From: Gemmatimonadota bacterium
GTDB taxonomy: Bacteria; Gemmatimonadota; Gemmatimonadetes; Gemmatimonadales; GWC2-71-9
Direction: 5' to 3'
Assembly: GCA_039586365.1 (NCBI GenBank)
Contig: JBDHKN010000082.1
Coordinates: 1-19,821 of the forward strand
DNA: 19,821 bases
Shown: positions 9,781 to 18,421 of the stretch, in pieces
Numbering within the stretch: position 1 is the stretch's first letter
Layout of the letters: every line of letters begins with the position of its first letter
Translations under genes and position numbers: made by a program
The notes under the pieces: model-generated
Told to the model about the DNA's origin: nothing
The model's database searches: none
Seen by the model: the letters and a program-made list of their open reading frames with translations, nothing else

Positions 9781-10716
9781 TCATACGTACAGATAGTACA
9801 CGAAGTGGAAGAAGAGCGGCGCCGTATACGACAGGCTGTCGATTCGGTCGAGAATCCCGCCGTGGCCCGGCAACAGTGTGCTGCTGTCCTTGATCCCGAG
9901 ATCGCGCTTCAGCGCCGACACCACAATATCCCCTATGAAGCCACCCATCCCAATTATCGTGGTCGCTACTATTGCATCTGCGGTGTCGAGCGGCGTGAGC
10001 ACCGGCGCCAGCAGCAATCCGAGGATGATCGTGGTGCCGACTCCACCCAACAGACCCTCCCATGTCTTGTTGGGACTCACCTTGGGTACCACCCGACGGT
10101 GGCCCAAGCTCTTCCCCCAGAGGAACTGGGCAATGTCGTTTGCCTGAGTCAGGAATACGAGATAGAGAACTAGAGCCGGACCACCCCCGTTGGGATTCAC
10201 GGAAGCCGGCAGCACCAGCAGGTAGGCCACGTGACTGATGCTGAACAGGGTGAGCATCAGCCCCCAGTGCAGCATCCCGACCGAGCGCAGGAAGCCTGAC
10301 GTCTCTCCAACGAGTACCATACGCATCGGCAGGAGCAGGAAGACATATACCGGGACGAAGACGATGAACATTCCGTACCACTCCAGCGCAATCCACAGGT
10401 ACTGGATCGGGATGCTCAGGTAAGCGAGCAACAGTACGCTGCGATCCGCACGCCGGGTAGGAATGAGCGACAGGTATTCCTTGAACGCGAGAAAGCTCAC
10501 CAACGCGAAGAACACGAGCGAGATCTTGCGGCTCAGAGCAAGCGCGGCCAGGAACATCGCGGCCATGATCCACCAGCTGCGAATCCGCTGGCGCATTTCC
10601 CCGAGGTCGAGCGACGGCCGGGCCTTCCCCACCAGCCATACCGCAGCGGTGGCCAGCACGAGGATCCCAAATATCCCACCCATCGCCCAGAGTACGTGCG
10701 GGTGTAGGGTGCGCAT
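9781..10716 (-). CDS. Phosphatidate cytidylyltransferase (CdsA/YnbB-like)
   Basis: VSPNKTWEG and SALKRDLGIKDSSTLLPGHGGILDRIDS signature; ATG at 10716 overlaps the upstream stop codon (TGATG). Confidence 0.93.
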   Translation of the reverse strand: MRTLHPHVLWAMGGIFGILVLATAAVWLVGKARPSLDLGEMRQRIRSWWIMAAMFLAALALSRKISLVFFALVSFLAFKEYLSLIPTRRADRSVLLLAYLSIPIQYLWIALEWYGMFIVFVPVYVFLLLPMRMVLVGETSGFLRSVGMLHWGLMLTLFSISHVAYLLVLPASVNPNGGGPALVLYLVFLTQANDIAQFLWGKSLGHRRVVPKVSPNKTWEGLLGGVGTTIILGLLLAPVLTPLDTADAIVATTIIGMGGFIGDIVVSALKRDLGIKDSSTLLPGHGGILDRIDSLSYTAPLFFHFVYYLYV

Positions 10717-11324
10717 CACTGGTCCGCTTCCCGGAGTGCCCGTCTGGCACGGTTCCACACAGTTACCATCAGCAGCAGCAACATCACCGTGAGGATGCCG
10801 TCCACCCACCGACCACTCGGTGCGCCGAGGCCCAGGGCGAGGGCGAGGGCACCGAAGACGAACGCACGGTCACTCTTACCCATCGGACCGTCGTACCGCC
10901 GCGTGACACCAAGCTGGATCGCCAGCACTCCCGTCATCTCCGAGATCACGGCCAGAACGACAACGGGCACCAGGAGCGCGGGCCGAATGCCCGGCACGAG
11001 TGCCAGCGGCAGATAGAGCACGGCGTCCGAGACCACGTCGCCCAACTCGTTCAAGACGGTTCCCAACCGGCTGGTCATCGCGAACTCGCGTGCCATCATC
11101 CCGTCCAACGCATTCAGCGCCATGCGCAAGAACAAGGCAACAGGCAGCACGAGCAAGGGCCAGTCGTCGTGCGGCCGCCAAGCGAGCACCCCACCTACGC
11201 CGGCTGACATCAGCAGTGCCGTCCAGGTCACGTGGTTGGCGGTGGCGCCCGCCCGTACCAGCGCGCGCATGAGCGGTCGCAACAGGGCCTGGAACCTGGG
11301 CTTCAGGTCGTAGATACTCGCCAT
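10716..11324 (-). CDS. CDP-alcohol phosphatidyltransferase (YnbA-like)
   Basis: SIYDLKPRFQALLRP start, LDGMMAR...G..LNELGDVVSD signature, YDGPMGKSDRA. Confidence 0.93.
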   Translation of the reverse strand: MASIYDLKPRFQALLRPLMRALVRAGATANHVTWTALLMSAGVGGVLAWRPHDDWPLLVLPVALFLRMALNALDGMMAREFAMTSRLGTVLNELGDVVSDAVLYLPLALVPGIRPALLVPVVVLAVISEMTGVLAIQLGVTRRYDGPMGKSDRAFVFGALALALGLGAPSGRWVDGILTVMLLLLMVTVWNRARRALREADQ

Positions 11325-11393
11325 TAGTTGCCGCGGTTAGTGGTTAGGTAGGCGCGGGGCTTGCAAGCTGGCCTCAGCACCCGGAGGTGCTTC

Positions 11394-11678
11394 TCATCCA
11401 GCTTTGCTGTTCAAGTGTTGTAGCCGCCTCATCCAGACCGCGACAACGCCCTCGCAGAGGCCCCGATGCAGCTCGCTGGCCTCGCCACTCGTGTTGAGCA
11501 TATCGAGCAGCACAGGCAGCAGCGCCTGGGCGAGTTCCGCTCGTGCAACCGGATCGAAGCGGCCCCAATGGCGATTGATGAGGTCTTTGATGCGGTCGAG
11601 GGGGCTGCCTGGTAGCTCGAGAAAGTCGTCGGGAAAACGACGAGCCAGTGAAAGATCGTGATTGGAAACTCGAGTCAT
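11394..11678 (-). CDS. Hypothetical helical protein (about 94 aa)
   Basis: Fills an intergenic gap, co-oriented with the lipid operon, amphipathic-helix-like composition; no recognised motif; start uncertain (ORF open to 11732). Confidence 0.45.
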   Translation of the reverse strand: MTRVSNHDLSLARRFPDDFLELPGSPLDRIKDLINRHWGRFDPVARAELAQALLPVLLDMLNTSGEASELHRGLCEGVVAVWMRRLQHLNSKAG

Positions 11679-12064
11679 GTCGCGCGTAACACGCTCCTTT
11701 CGCATCTTCAGCGGAAGCAGACAACAAGCCAACCTTCAACCTACAACGGGCTCATCGATTGGGTAGTGTGTACGGCGTCACGCAGCTGCGTGGTGGGGCA
11801 CAATCGATCTCGGCGACGGCCAGCGACAGGTCTGACTCGACCGAGCGGCCAAGACACCGGGCCCAGCTGCCAATAACAGGAGGTACTGCGTCGTGTAGGG
11901 CGTTCCTGCTACGTGGCTGGAATCTCGTCGTGAGGGGCAAGCGGGATCAGACATCCCGGCCCTGCACACCGGCAGTCCAGCCGGCAGGTCGGAATCGCCT
12001 CAGCGGCAGCGGTAGCCAAGGGTAGGAAACTGCCGGCAGCGCTGCGGTGTATCAAAAAGTTTGT

Positions 12065-12280
12065 ATGGCAGCCCGCGATTCCATCACACCCGTCACGTTC
12101 TCCCGTGAAGAAATCCGGCTGATCCGGGAAATGGTCGGCACTCCGGAAGGAGCCTCTGTCTGCCCGAGATGTGGCGGCAAGCTCCAGGTGATTGGACCTG
12201 AGGGCGGTGGTACCCTGCCTACCGTGTGGCATGTGGAGTGTCTCCCGTGCCGTCGTGCGGCCTTCATTTCCGGTTCGTAG
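12065..12280 (+). CDS. Small putative zinc-ribbon protein, paralog 2
   Basis: FSREEIRLIREMV...CPRC...WHVECLPCRRAAFI. Confidence 0.75.
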   Translation: MAARDSITPVTFSREEIRLIREMVGTPEGASVCPRCGGKLQVIGPEGGGTLPTVWHVECLPCRRAAFISGS

Positions 12281-12363
12281 TCACGCGGCCACAGAACGAG
12301 ACCGGCTGTTCCCGCAGTCCTCGCACCATTGTGACTACGGGCAAAACAGCGCAACTTATCATC

Positions 12364-12597
12364 GTGCCGGACACACCACTCCCGTTCTCCCCCAAGGAAG
12401 TCGATCAGATCCGCGAGATGCTGAGCACCTCGAGGGAGCCTCCCAAGTGCCTGCTATGTGGAACTGAACTCCAAATGACCGAGTCACGCGGCGGCGGTGA
12501 GGCGAGTCGCGTGTGGCGCGTGGATTGCGCTTCCTGTCATCGCACAGCGATCATCGCGGAAACCGGTGGCCAGCGCCCGACTAGGCACGACGAGTAG
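12364..12597 (+). CDS. Small putative zinc-ribbon protein, paralog 3
   Basis: FSPKEVDQIREML...CLLC...WRVDCASCHRTAII; GTG start chosen by alignment with the paralogs. Confidence 0.72.
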   Translation: MPDTPLPFSPKEVDQIREMLSTSREPPKCLLCGTELQMTESRGGGEASRVWRVDCASCHRTAIIAETGGQRPTRHDE

Positions 12598-12658
12598 TCC
12601 TTCACAACAATGGCAGCTCGCCGCTGCCCGAACCGTGCGGCTGGTAGCCGCGGCTACA

Positions 12659-13294
12659 TCATTCGTCCAGGTCCAGGCCCGCGCGCTCCGCGAGGATCCG
12701 CTTGAGCCAGACCGGCGCCTCGAGCGCCTGGAGGTCGGCTGCAGCGACCCGCTGCGCTGCGAGTGCAGGATCGATGGCGGGCGCTACGTCAGCGTCGGCA
12801 CCCTGTAGCGCGGCCAACGCTCGCTCCACAACCGGAGACCCACCGGGCACCGACTGGCCAAACTCGATTTCTGCACGGCGACAGAACCGCTCCTGGCGAG
12901 CGCGGTCTGGCATGTCGAGCGGGAACCCGAGGCGGTGCAGCCTTGCGTGCATGGCCTCGTGCAGGATCGTGGCAGCGATCTGAGCCTCGTTGAAGTTGGG
13001 GTTCACGGTGAAGGTGAGTTCGACGAGACAGATATGTTCATCTGTCAAATACGCACCGCGACAAGCATAACGTTGTACGAGGATCTTGCTGAAGTCACGA
13101 CGGAGATGGCGGTAGTGGTGGGGCGAGTACGTTTCAATCAATCCGAGTGCGGCATCTAGGCGAGCCAGCACTTGCGCAGTATCAACGTCAGGCCTGGTGT
13201 TGTGGACGACGACCGCAATACCACGCAGGTGAGTGGTGGCCTTCTGCATATCGCGGCCATGGCCGCCAAACCATTTGCTCAATTGACCCCACAC
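12659..13294 (-). CDS. Hypothetical protein with HExxH motif (possible zincin metallopeptidase)
   Basis: ATILHEAMHARL motif with a downstream Glu (RQERFC); GTG 13294 preceded by AAGGAAGG. Confidence 0.7.
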   Translation of the reverse strand: MWGQLSKWFGGHGRDMQKATTHLRGIAVVVHNTRPDVDTAQVLARLDAALGLIETYSPHHYRHLRRDFSKILVQRYACRGAYLTDEHICLVELTFTVNPNFNEAQIAATILHEAMHARLHRLGFPLDMPDRARQERFCRRAEIEFGQSVPGGSPVVERALAALQGADADVAPAIDPALAAQRVAAADLQALEAPVWLKRILAERAGLDLDE

Positions 13295-13489
13295 AGCCGC
13301 ACCTTCCTTCAGACGGTGGCTCTGCCCCGCTACCCATCCCTGCCAGACGGTGAGAGACGGTGGCTCTGCCCCACCACCCACGGTTGGTATGCTACGCGAC
13401 TATTGTGACCTGGTGCAACGCGCTTCAAGTTACTCTACAGTGCAACCTGCTGGGGGTGTACCATTCCGGATGAGTCCGCAACTCCCGTC

Positions 13490-13702
13490 ATGTTCTCCCG
13501 CAACGAGATCAAAGTGATCCGTCACATGCTGGACTCGTGGGAGAAACCACCAGTCTGTCCCCACTGCCAGAGTGCGCTCGATATCCGAGGAGGCGGTGCA
13601 GGCAGCGGGTACCGGATGTTGCATGTGCGCTGCCGATCCTGCCACCGAGTGGCCTTCATTACGGAGTCCACAGGCGACAGCTGTCCCGATCCCGGCGGGT
13701 AA
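13490..13702 (+). CDS. Small putative zinc-ribbon protein, paralog 4
   Basis: FSRNEIKVIRHML...CPHC...AGSGYRMLHVRCRSCHRVAFI; most similar to paralog 1. Confidence 0.75.
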   Translation: MFSRNEIKVIRHMLDSWEKPPVCPHCQSALDIRGGGAGSGYRMLHVRCRSCHRVAFITESTGDSCPDPGG

Positions 13703-13767
13703 CGTTTCCCGCCAGGCGACCGGGACCGTGACGAGGCGGTCACCAGCGGCAACACCGCTGGCCCGTG

Positions 13768-16452
13768 CTATTCCCACCTGAGGGCTTCCATCGGATCAAC
13801 CGCTGCGGCCCGCCGCGCTGGAAGGTAGCTGGCCAGTAGAACCACACTCAGGAGCAGCAGCGAGACCGCTCCGTAGGTCGCCAGGTCAACCGGGCCCACT
13901 CCGAAGAGCAGAGCGGCGATTAGGTGCGTGAAGCCGACCGCTGCCACGAGGCCTATCGCCAAGCCTGCGGCTCCCACCACGCCACCCTGGCGGAGCACCA
14001 ATCCGCGTACGTCCTCACGTCGCGCACCGAGGGCCAGCCGAATCCCCATCTCACGAGTGCGCTGAGCCACCGTGTAGGAGATCACACCGTACACTCCAAC
14101 CATTCCCAGAATCAGCGCAACAGCCGCTGCGATGCCGAGCATGACCAGGGTGAAAGACGTCCGGGACAGTGAGGCCGCGAGTATCTCATCCAACGTCATG
14201 ACCTGCGAAACCGGTAGGTCGGAGTTGACCGACCAGACCGCTTCCCTGATCTGGGGCAGCAGCCCCCGAGGATTCCGCAGGGACGTCCGAATGGCGTAGC
14301 GCAGATCCCGCATGACGTAGTCCTGGATACTCCAGAACCTGTCCATATACATGGGCCAATAGACCACCGACGGAGGATCTTCGGCCACACCCGTGACGTG
14401 CACATCGCCTACTACCCCGACGATCTCCCGCCACGGGGCCGACCGGTTCTCCCTGATACGCCCGCCAATCGCCTTGGACGGGTCCCCCCAATACTCCCGC
14501 GCATAGTTCTCCGTTACCACCGCCACCGGCCGCTGCTCGAAGATGTCTGTCCACTCCAGGGATCTGCCGGCCAGGATGGGATTCTCGATGGTGGTGAAAT
14601 AGCCCGGAGTGATCCAGTTCATGCGCCTGAGAGGTTCCACCTCACCTTCGGTCACCGGGAACCCCTCCACTTCCAGGTCTTCCCACGAGTCCCAGTTGTC
14701 CATCGCCACTGAGGCCGCCGCGCTCGCAGATGTGACACCAGGTATCTGTACGATGTGCTCCAGTATCTGTTGATGGGTGCGGGCGGCATCCGCGCCGGTT
14801 GGTGCCTCGGACGCTGGAACCGAGAGACGCAGCGTGAGCACTTCCTGCGGCCGCTGGAATCCCGGCGGTACGCTCCGGAGACCCAGGAAGCTCCGGATCA
14901 TGAGACCCGAGCCAATCAGCAACACCAGAACCAGAGCGACCTGGGCTACAGCGAACACCGTTTGCATGCGGAATCGCCGCCGCCCGATACTGGAATTGCG
15001 GCCCGCCTCCTTGAGCGGCTCCACCAGGCCACTCCGCCCATAGGACATGACCGGGATGCTGCCGAACAGGAGGCCCGCCAGCACGGACACAGCCAGTGTG
15101 AAGAGGAGGGCGACAGGTTCAAGAGCAACGTCCTCTAACCGAGGCAGATTCGCGGGAGCCAGGTGCAGCAGGAGCCGAAGCCCGCCGGTGGCCAGTACCA
15201 GTCCTGCGGCACCCCCCAACAGCCCGATGAGGAGGCTCTCGGTGAGGAACTGGCGCGCCAGCCGACCCTTGGAGGCTCCCAGGGCGGTTCTGAGTGCCAC
15301 GTCTCGCTGTCGGCTCTCAGCCCGCACGAGGAACAGGTTGGCCACGTTGGTGCAGGCCACCAGCAGGACCAACGCCACAGTGCCGAAGACCACCCAGATC
15401 ACCCTACCCGCTGCACCAACCACGTCGTCCTTGAGCGGACGGACAAAGGTGCCGAATTCACGCGACTCCAGCACGGACAATGGGATGCCGCCGTATTCCT
15501 CACTGGCGAGAGCGGTCATGCTCTCCAGATCCCGCGTGGCATCCTCCACCGTGAAGCCCGGCCGCAGCCGGGCGATGCCGGGGAAGCTCCAATTCCCCAC
15601 GCTGACGCTGGCCCGGTCGAGGACCAGGGGAAGAAACAAGTCCGGGGATAGGCCGGCGAGTTTGAACCCTGCCGGCATGACACCGATGACGGTGCGGTCG
15701 GCACCGTCGATCCGAATGGTGCGACCTAACACGGCGGGATCGCTACCGAACCGCCGTGCCCAGTAACCCCGCGACAAGATCACCGGATAGCTGCTCTTAG
15801 GGGCCACGTCCTCGGCGGAGTATCCCCTCCCTAGGCTCGGATGCACCCCCAGGAGCGGAAACAGTCCGTCGGTCACTTGCAGGGCCGCTACCTGCTCAGG
15901 CTCGGCCAGGCCGGTTACCGTCACGGGAGCCCAGCGCCAGACGCCGATGTCTTCCACGGTCCGGGAGTGATCCCGGAAGGTCAAGTACAGCGCCGGCGAC
16001 AGCGGAGTCTCGGGGACTCCGATCCCGGGCATCGTGTGGTGGACCGCTACGAGCTCGTGGGAGTCCGGGAATGGCAGCGGTCTGAGCAGCACGCTGTTCA
16101 CCACGCTGAAGATCGCGGTGGTACCACCAATGCCCAGACTGAGCGTGAGTAGCACGATTGCCGTAAACGATGTACTCCTCAGCAGGCGGCGAACCGAGTG
16201 GCGGGCGTCTACGCTCAGGTCCTGCACCAGGCCCACTCCCCACGAATCCTGGGCGCGTTCCCTCGCCCGGAGGACACTGCCGAACTTGCTGAGCGCCTGG
16301 TGGCGAGCCTGTGTTGCGCTCATCCCCTGGCGCATGTGCTTTGCGGTCTCCTGCTCTATGTGGAACGCCATCTCTTCGTCCAGCTCCTCGCGCATCTTCC
16401 CCCAGTAGATGACGGCCCTCAGTCGAAATAGCAGGTTGGCGATCAAACGCAT
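13768..16452 (-). CDS. Duplicated MacB/FtsX-type ABC permease (ADOP family)
   Basis: 894 aa; ELDEEMAFH leader, LGIGGTTAIFSVVNSVLLRPLP, LVACTNVANLFL, QRTREMGIRLALGA, PARRAAAVDPMEALR; lies directly downstream of padR. Confidence 0.93.
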   Translation of the reverse strand: MRLIANLLFRLRAVIYWGKMREELDEEMAFHIEQETAKHMRQGMSATQARHQALSKFGSVLRARERAQDSWGVGLVQDLSVDARHSVRRLLRSTSFTAIVLLTLSLGIGGTTAIFSVVNSVLLRPLPFPDSHELVAVHHTMPGIGVPETPLSPALYLTFRDHSRTVEDIGVWRWAPVTVTGLAEPEQVAALQVTDGLFPLLGVHPSLGRGYSAEDVAPKSSYPVILSRGYWARRFGSDPAVLGRTIRIDGADRTVIGVMPAGFKLAGLSPDLFLPLVLDRASVSVGNWSFPGIARLRPGFTVEDATRDLESMTALASEEYGGIPLSVLESREFGTFVRPLKDDVVGAAGRVIWVVFGTVALVLLVACTNVANLFLVRAESRQRDVALRTALGASKGRLARQFLTESLLIGLLGGAAGLVLATGGLRLLLHLAPANLPRLEDVALEPVALLFTLAVSVLAGLLFGSIPVMSYGRSGLVEPLKEAGRNSSIGRRRFRMQTVFAVAQVALVLVLLIGSGLMIRSFLGLRSVPPGFQRPQEVLTLRLSVPASEAPTGADAARTHQQILEHIVQIPGVTSASAAASVAMDNWDSWEDLEVEGFPVTEGEVEPLRRMNWITPGYFTTIENPILAGRSLEWTDIFEQRPVAVVTENYAREYWGDPSKAIGGRIRENRSAPWREIVGVVGDVHVTGVAEDPPSVVYWPMYMDRFWSIQDYVMRDLRYAIRTSLRNPRGLLPQIREAVWSVNSDLPVSQVMTLDEILAASLSRTSFTLVMLGIAAAVALILGMVGVYGVISYTVAQRTREMGIRLALGARREDVRGLVLRQGGVVGAAGLAIGLVAAVGFTHLIAALLFGVGPVDLATYGAVSLLLLSVVLLASYLPARRAAAVDPMEALRWE

Positions 16453-16506
16453 GGTATGTCTCCCTCGTACGACGACTGCGCCGCGACGATGTGTGAGGCC
16501 GTCCGG

Positions 16507-16839
16507 TCAGGCCGTCGCCATGATGCGCCCGACCGCTGCGGCCAGGCGGTCCCAGTGCTCGGCCTCGATCCCCAGCCGCCGCTCCCCTGCCCGGGTCAGG
16601 GTGTAGTAGCGGGCCCGCCGGTTGTTCTGGGTCACCTCCCAGTACGACTTGATCCACCCCTCGCGGGTCAACTTGTGTAGCGAGGCGTAGAGCGAGCCTT
16701 GATTCACCTGGAGTTCGTCCCTGGAAATCTGCTGGATGCGTTCACTGATCCCCCATCCGTGCATCGCCTCCAGCGAGAGAACCTTGAGGATCAACATGTC
16801 CAGGGTTCCCTTGATCATGTCCGGCTTATTCCTGTCCAT
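16507..16839 (-). CDS. PadR family transcriptional regulator
   Basis: KGTLDMLILKVL, MHGWGI, GSLYASLHKL, RARYYTLT. Confidence 0.93.
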   Translation of the reverse strand: MDRNKPDMIKGTLDMLILKVLSLEAMHGWGISERIQQISRDELQVNQGSLYASLHKLTREGWIKSYWEVTQNNRRARYYTLTRAGERRLGIEAEHWDRLAAAVGRIMATA

Positions 16840-16895
16840 TGGTCCAATCCTGTGGGAATGATCTACTCCCGGTGGCCGAGCGGTCACACTCGCTT

Positions 16896-16912
16896 CTCTC
16901 GGTAATCAAGAG
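16896..16912. promoter_or_regulatory. Candidate PadR operator palindrome
   Basis: CTCTCG-N5-CAAGAG (one mismatch) 57 bp upstream of the padR start; function inferred. Confidence 0.4.
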
Positions 16913-16997
16913 GTGCTGTGGTATTTGATACCGAGGTTCGCGAAAAGGTTGTAGAGATCGCGACCCGGTCGGGGAGCAGGCGCTGCTATCAATAAGG

Positions 16998-17030
16998 ACT
17001 CCCGCAGCACGTGTGAGGTGTTGTGGGAGT
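16998..17030. terminator. Imperfect hairpin downstream of the distal tRNA fragment
   Basis: ACTCCCGCAGCAC / GTGTTGTGGGAGT 13-bp stem (two G-U pairs on +, two A-C mismatches on -), 7-nt loop; followed by CCTTATT on the minus strand. Confidence 0.45.
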
Positions 17031-17038
17031 ATGTCTTG

Positions 17039-17084
17039 TGGAGCGCCCGTCAGGACTCGAACCTACGACCCTCGGCTTAGAAGG
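17039..17084 (-). repeat. tRNA-Arg 3'-half fragment ending in CCA (att-like, distal)
   Basis: 17043-17084 matches tRNA 19607-19648 at 40/42 nt, from the anticodon loop to the acceptor stem, then TCCA. Confidence 0.92.
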
Positions 17085-17303
17085 GCGTGCCTGATTCGTG
17101 TCTCTTCGTACCCATTCGCGCTAATACGGTGTCATACGTGCTCATACGTTCACCACCACAGAACGTATGAACACGCATCGACACGTATGGAACCGTATGG
17201 TTCCGAATGGAAGTTCCACGGTCTGTTCCACAGTGAGGTAGAACCGACAACACCGCCCGGCGCGTGGCCGGGCGGTGCACTTCTGGCTGCAAGGACTAGT
17301 GGC
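17085..17303. repeat. Distal arm copy: inverted 10-bp-phased pentamer arrays, GTTCCAC direct repeat and hairpin
   Basis: About 90% identical without indels to 18687-18905 (about 21 differences in 219 nt). Confidence 0.9.
17251..17277 (-). terminator. Hairpin after cargo gene
   Basis: CACCGCCCGGC-N5-GCCGGGCGGTG perfect 11-bp stem about 26 nt after the stop; weak U tract. Confidence 0.6.
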
Positions 17304-17786
17304 TCAAGGCTGCTCTGGCTGAGGAAACGGTGCGTCGGAGTTCCATATATCCACCGTCCAGAGCCACGATCCGTCTGCTTGCTTTCGTGCAATCGAGACA
17401 TACTTGCCGGTAAATGTGATGGCTTCGGCCGAGTCTGCAGCCGCACCCGTCCACGACCAAGTCCCACGGTCAAACGCCAGGTCACCGTACCCATCGATTT
17501 CCAGCGAGGTAAGGGTGAATTCCTGAGGGGGTGGTTCTTCATCAGCAGCACATCCATCCCTCATGGCCGCCCGTCCCTCGACCGTCGGTTCGTCCTGAGG
17601 CAGCACAACAGCGTTATCAGCATACAACGCGATGCCAGCATCGCAGTCCCCCGCCAACGTCGCCTCGACGCCTGCGGCTCTCAACGCGTTCAGGGCTGCG
17701 ATGTCCTCGTCGGTCAGGGGAGCGACACCAGGTTGACAAGCGGCCAGAAAGGCCAGAGACAGTACGGCAAGTACGAGACGGCGCAT
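17304..17786 (-). CDS. NTF2-like (DUF4440/YybH/SnoaL-like) lipoprotein
   Basis: Lipobox FLAAC; YADNAVVLP..VEGRAA, GDLAFDRGTW, GKYVSIARKQADGSW..DIWNSD pattern; AAGGAGGG RBS. Confidence 0.88.
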   Translation of the reverse strand: MRRLVLAVLSLAFLAACQPGVAPLTDEDIAALNALRAAGVEATLAGDCDAGIALYADNAVVLPQDEPTVEGRAAMRDGCAADEEPPPQEFTLTSLEIDGYGDLAFDRGTWSWTGAAADSAEAITFTGKYVSIARKQADGSWLWTVDIWNSDAPFPQPEQP

Positions 17787-17881
17787 ACATCCCTCCTTGG
17801 GGTTTGGGAGGGCGACTCGAAGGGCGACCCAGCGAAACTACGTGCTGGACTGGGGCACAGTAAGACCACAGTGCCCAAACA

Positions 17882-17904
17882 CCGCCCAGCGATAGGCCGG
17901 GCGG
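17882..17904 (-). terminator. Hairpin after cargo gene
   Basis: On the minus strand CCGCCCGGC / GCTGGGCGG stem followed by TGTTT; related in sequence to the other two cargo hairpins. Confidence 0.55.
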
Positions 17905-17935
17905 AGCGGAAGGGGTGACGGCACGAGGAGGCTGG

Positions 17936-18421
17936 CTACATGGACTCGGGCGGCGGCAGATACGATTCGTGACCTTGGACAATCTTCCAGCCGTCCCCCG
18001 TGCGCTCCCAAACAGTCGTCCATACACCTCGCAGGGCCGTTTCTACCCCAGCGGTATCGACCCCTGCCCACTCGAAGCTGGCGGAGAACACGGCGGCGTC
18101 TGGGCCGAGGACATTCACGTGCGCGTCTCCCCAAGCGCCACTGGTCACTTCCCGGACCGAGGTAAACACACCACCCCATGCAGTTACCATGGAGTCTCGG
18201 TTGGTGCCGAGTACGCCATTCTCAGCCCACACGAAGTCGGAGCCGTAGGGCGCCATGAAACGGTCTACGTCAAGGTCTCTGAACGCTTCGAAGGCCTCAT
18301 CAGCCAGTCGGGTGACGGTGTCCCGAATCGCCACCCGTTCGGCGTCGGTGAGTTCGGTAGTGGCAGGTTGGCAGGCGGCCAGAAAGGCCAAGGACACGGC
18401 GGCAAGTGCGAGACGGCGCAT
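17936..18421 (-). CDS. NTF2-like (SnoaL/DUF4440) lipoprotein, divergent subfamily
   Basis: Lipobox FLAAC; VNVLGPDAAV and WTTVWERTGDGWKIVQGHES motifs; AAGGAGGG RBS. Confidence 0.88.
   Translation of the reverse strand: MRRLALAAVSLAFLAACQPATTELTDAERVAIRDTVTRLADEAFEAFRDLDVDRFMAPYGSDFVWAENGVLGTNRDSMVTAWGGVFTSVREVTSGAWGDAHVNVLGPDAAVFSASFEWAGVDTAGVETALRGVWTTVWERTGDGWKIVQGHESYLPPPESM

Noticed and set aside
9776..10750. 324 aa alternative-frame ORF, and 15896-16657
   Set aside because: They overlap well-supported genes on the same strand, are R/G/P/A-rich and show no motifs.
12050..12062. IHF-like site TATCAAAAAGTTT upstream of zinc-ribbon paralog 2
   Set aside because: Single imperfect match to a degenerate consensus, not repeated before the other paralogs in a way I could support.
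17039..17084. Additional functional tRNA genes here and at 18644-18686
   Set aside because: The 5' half (acceptor 5' strand, D arm, most of the anticodon 5' stem) is missing and the T stem is disrupted.
17091..17210. CRISPR array
   Set aside because: The repeat is 5 bp in a 10-bp period with inverted halves; no 25-45 bp repeat/spacer structure and no cas genes in the window.
17013..17918. 301 aa plus-strand ORF, and the similar 18525-19235 ORF
   Set aside because: They run across tRNA fragments and repeats, antisense to well-supported lipoprotein genes; their mutual similarity follows from the DNA repeat.
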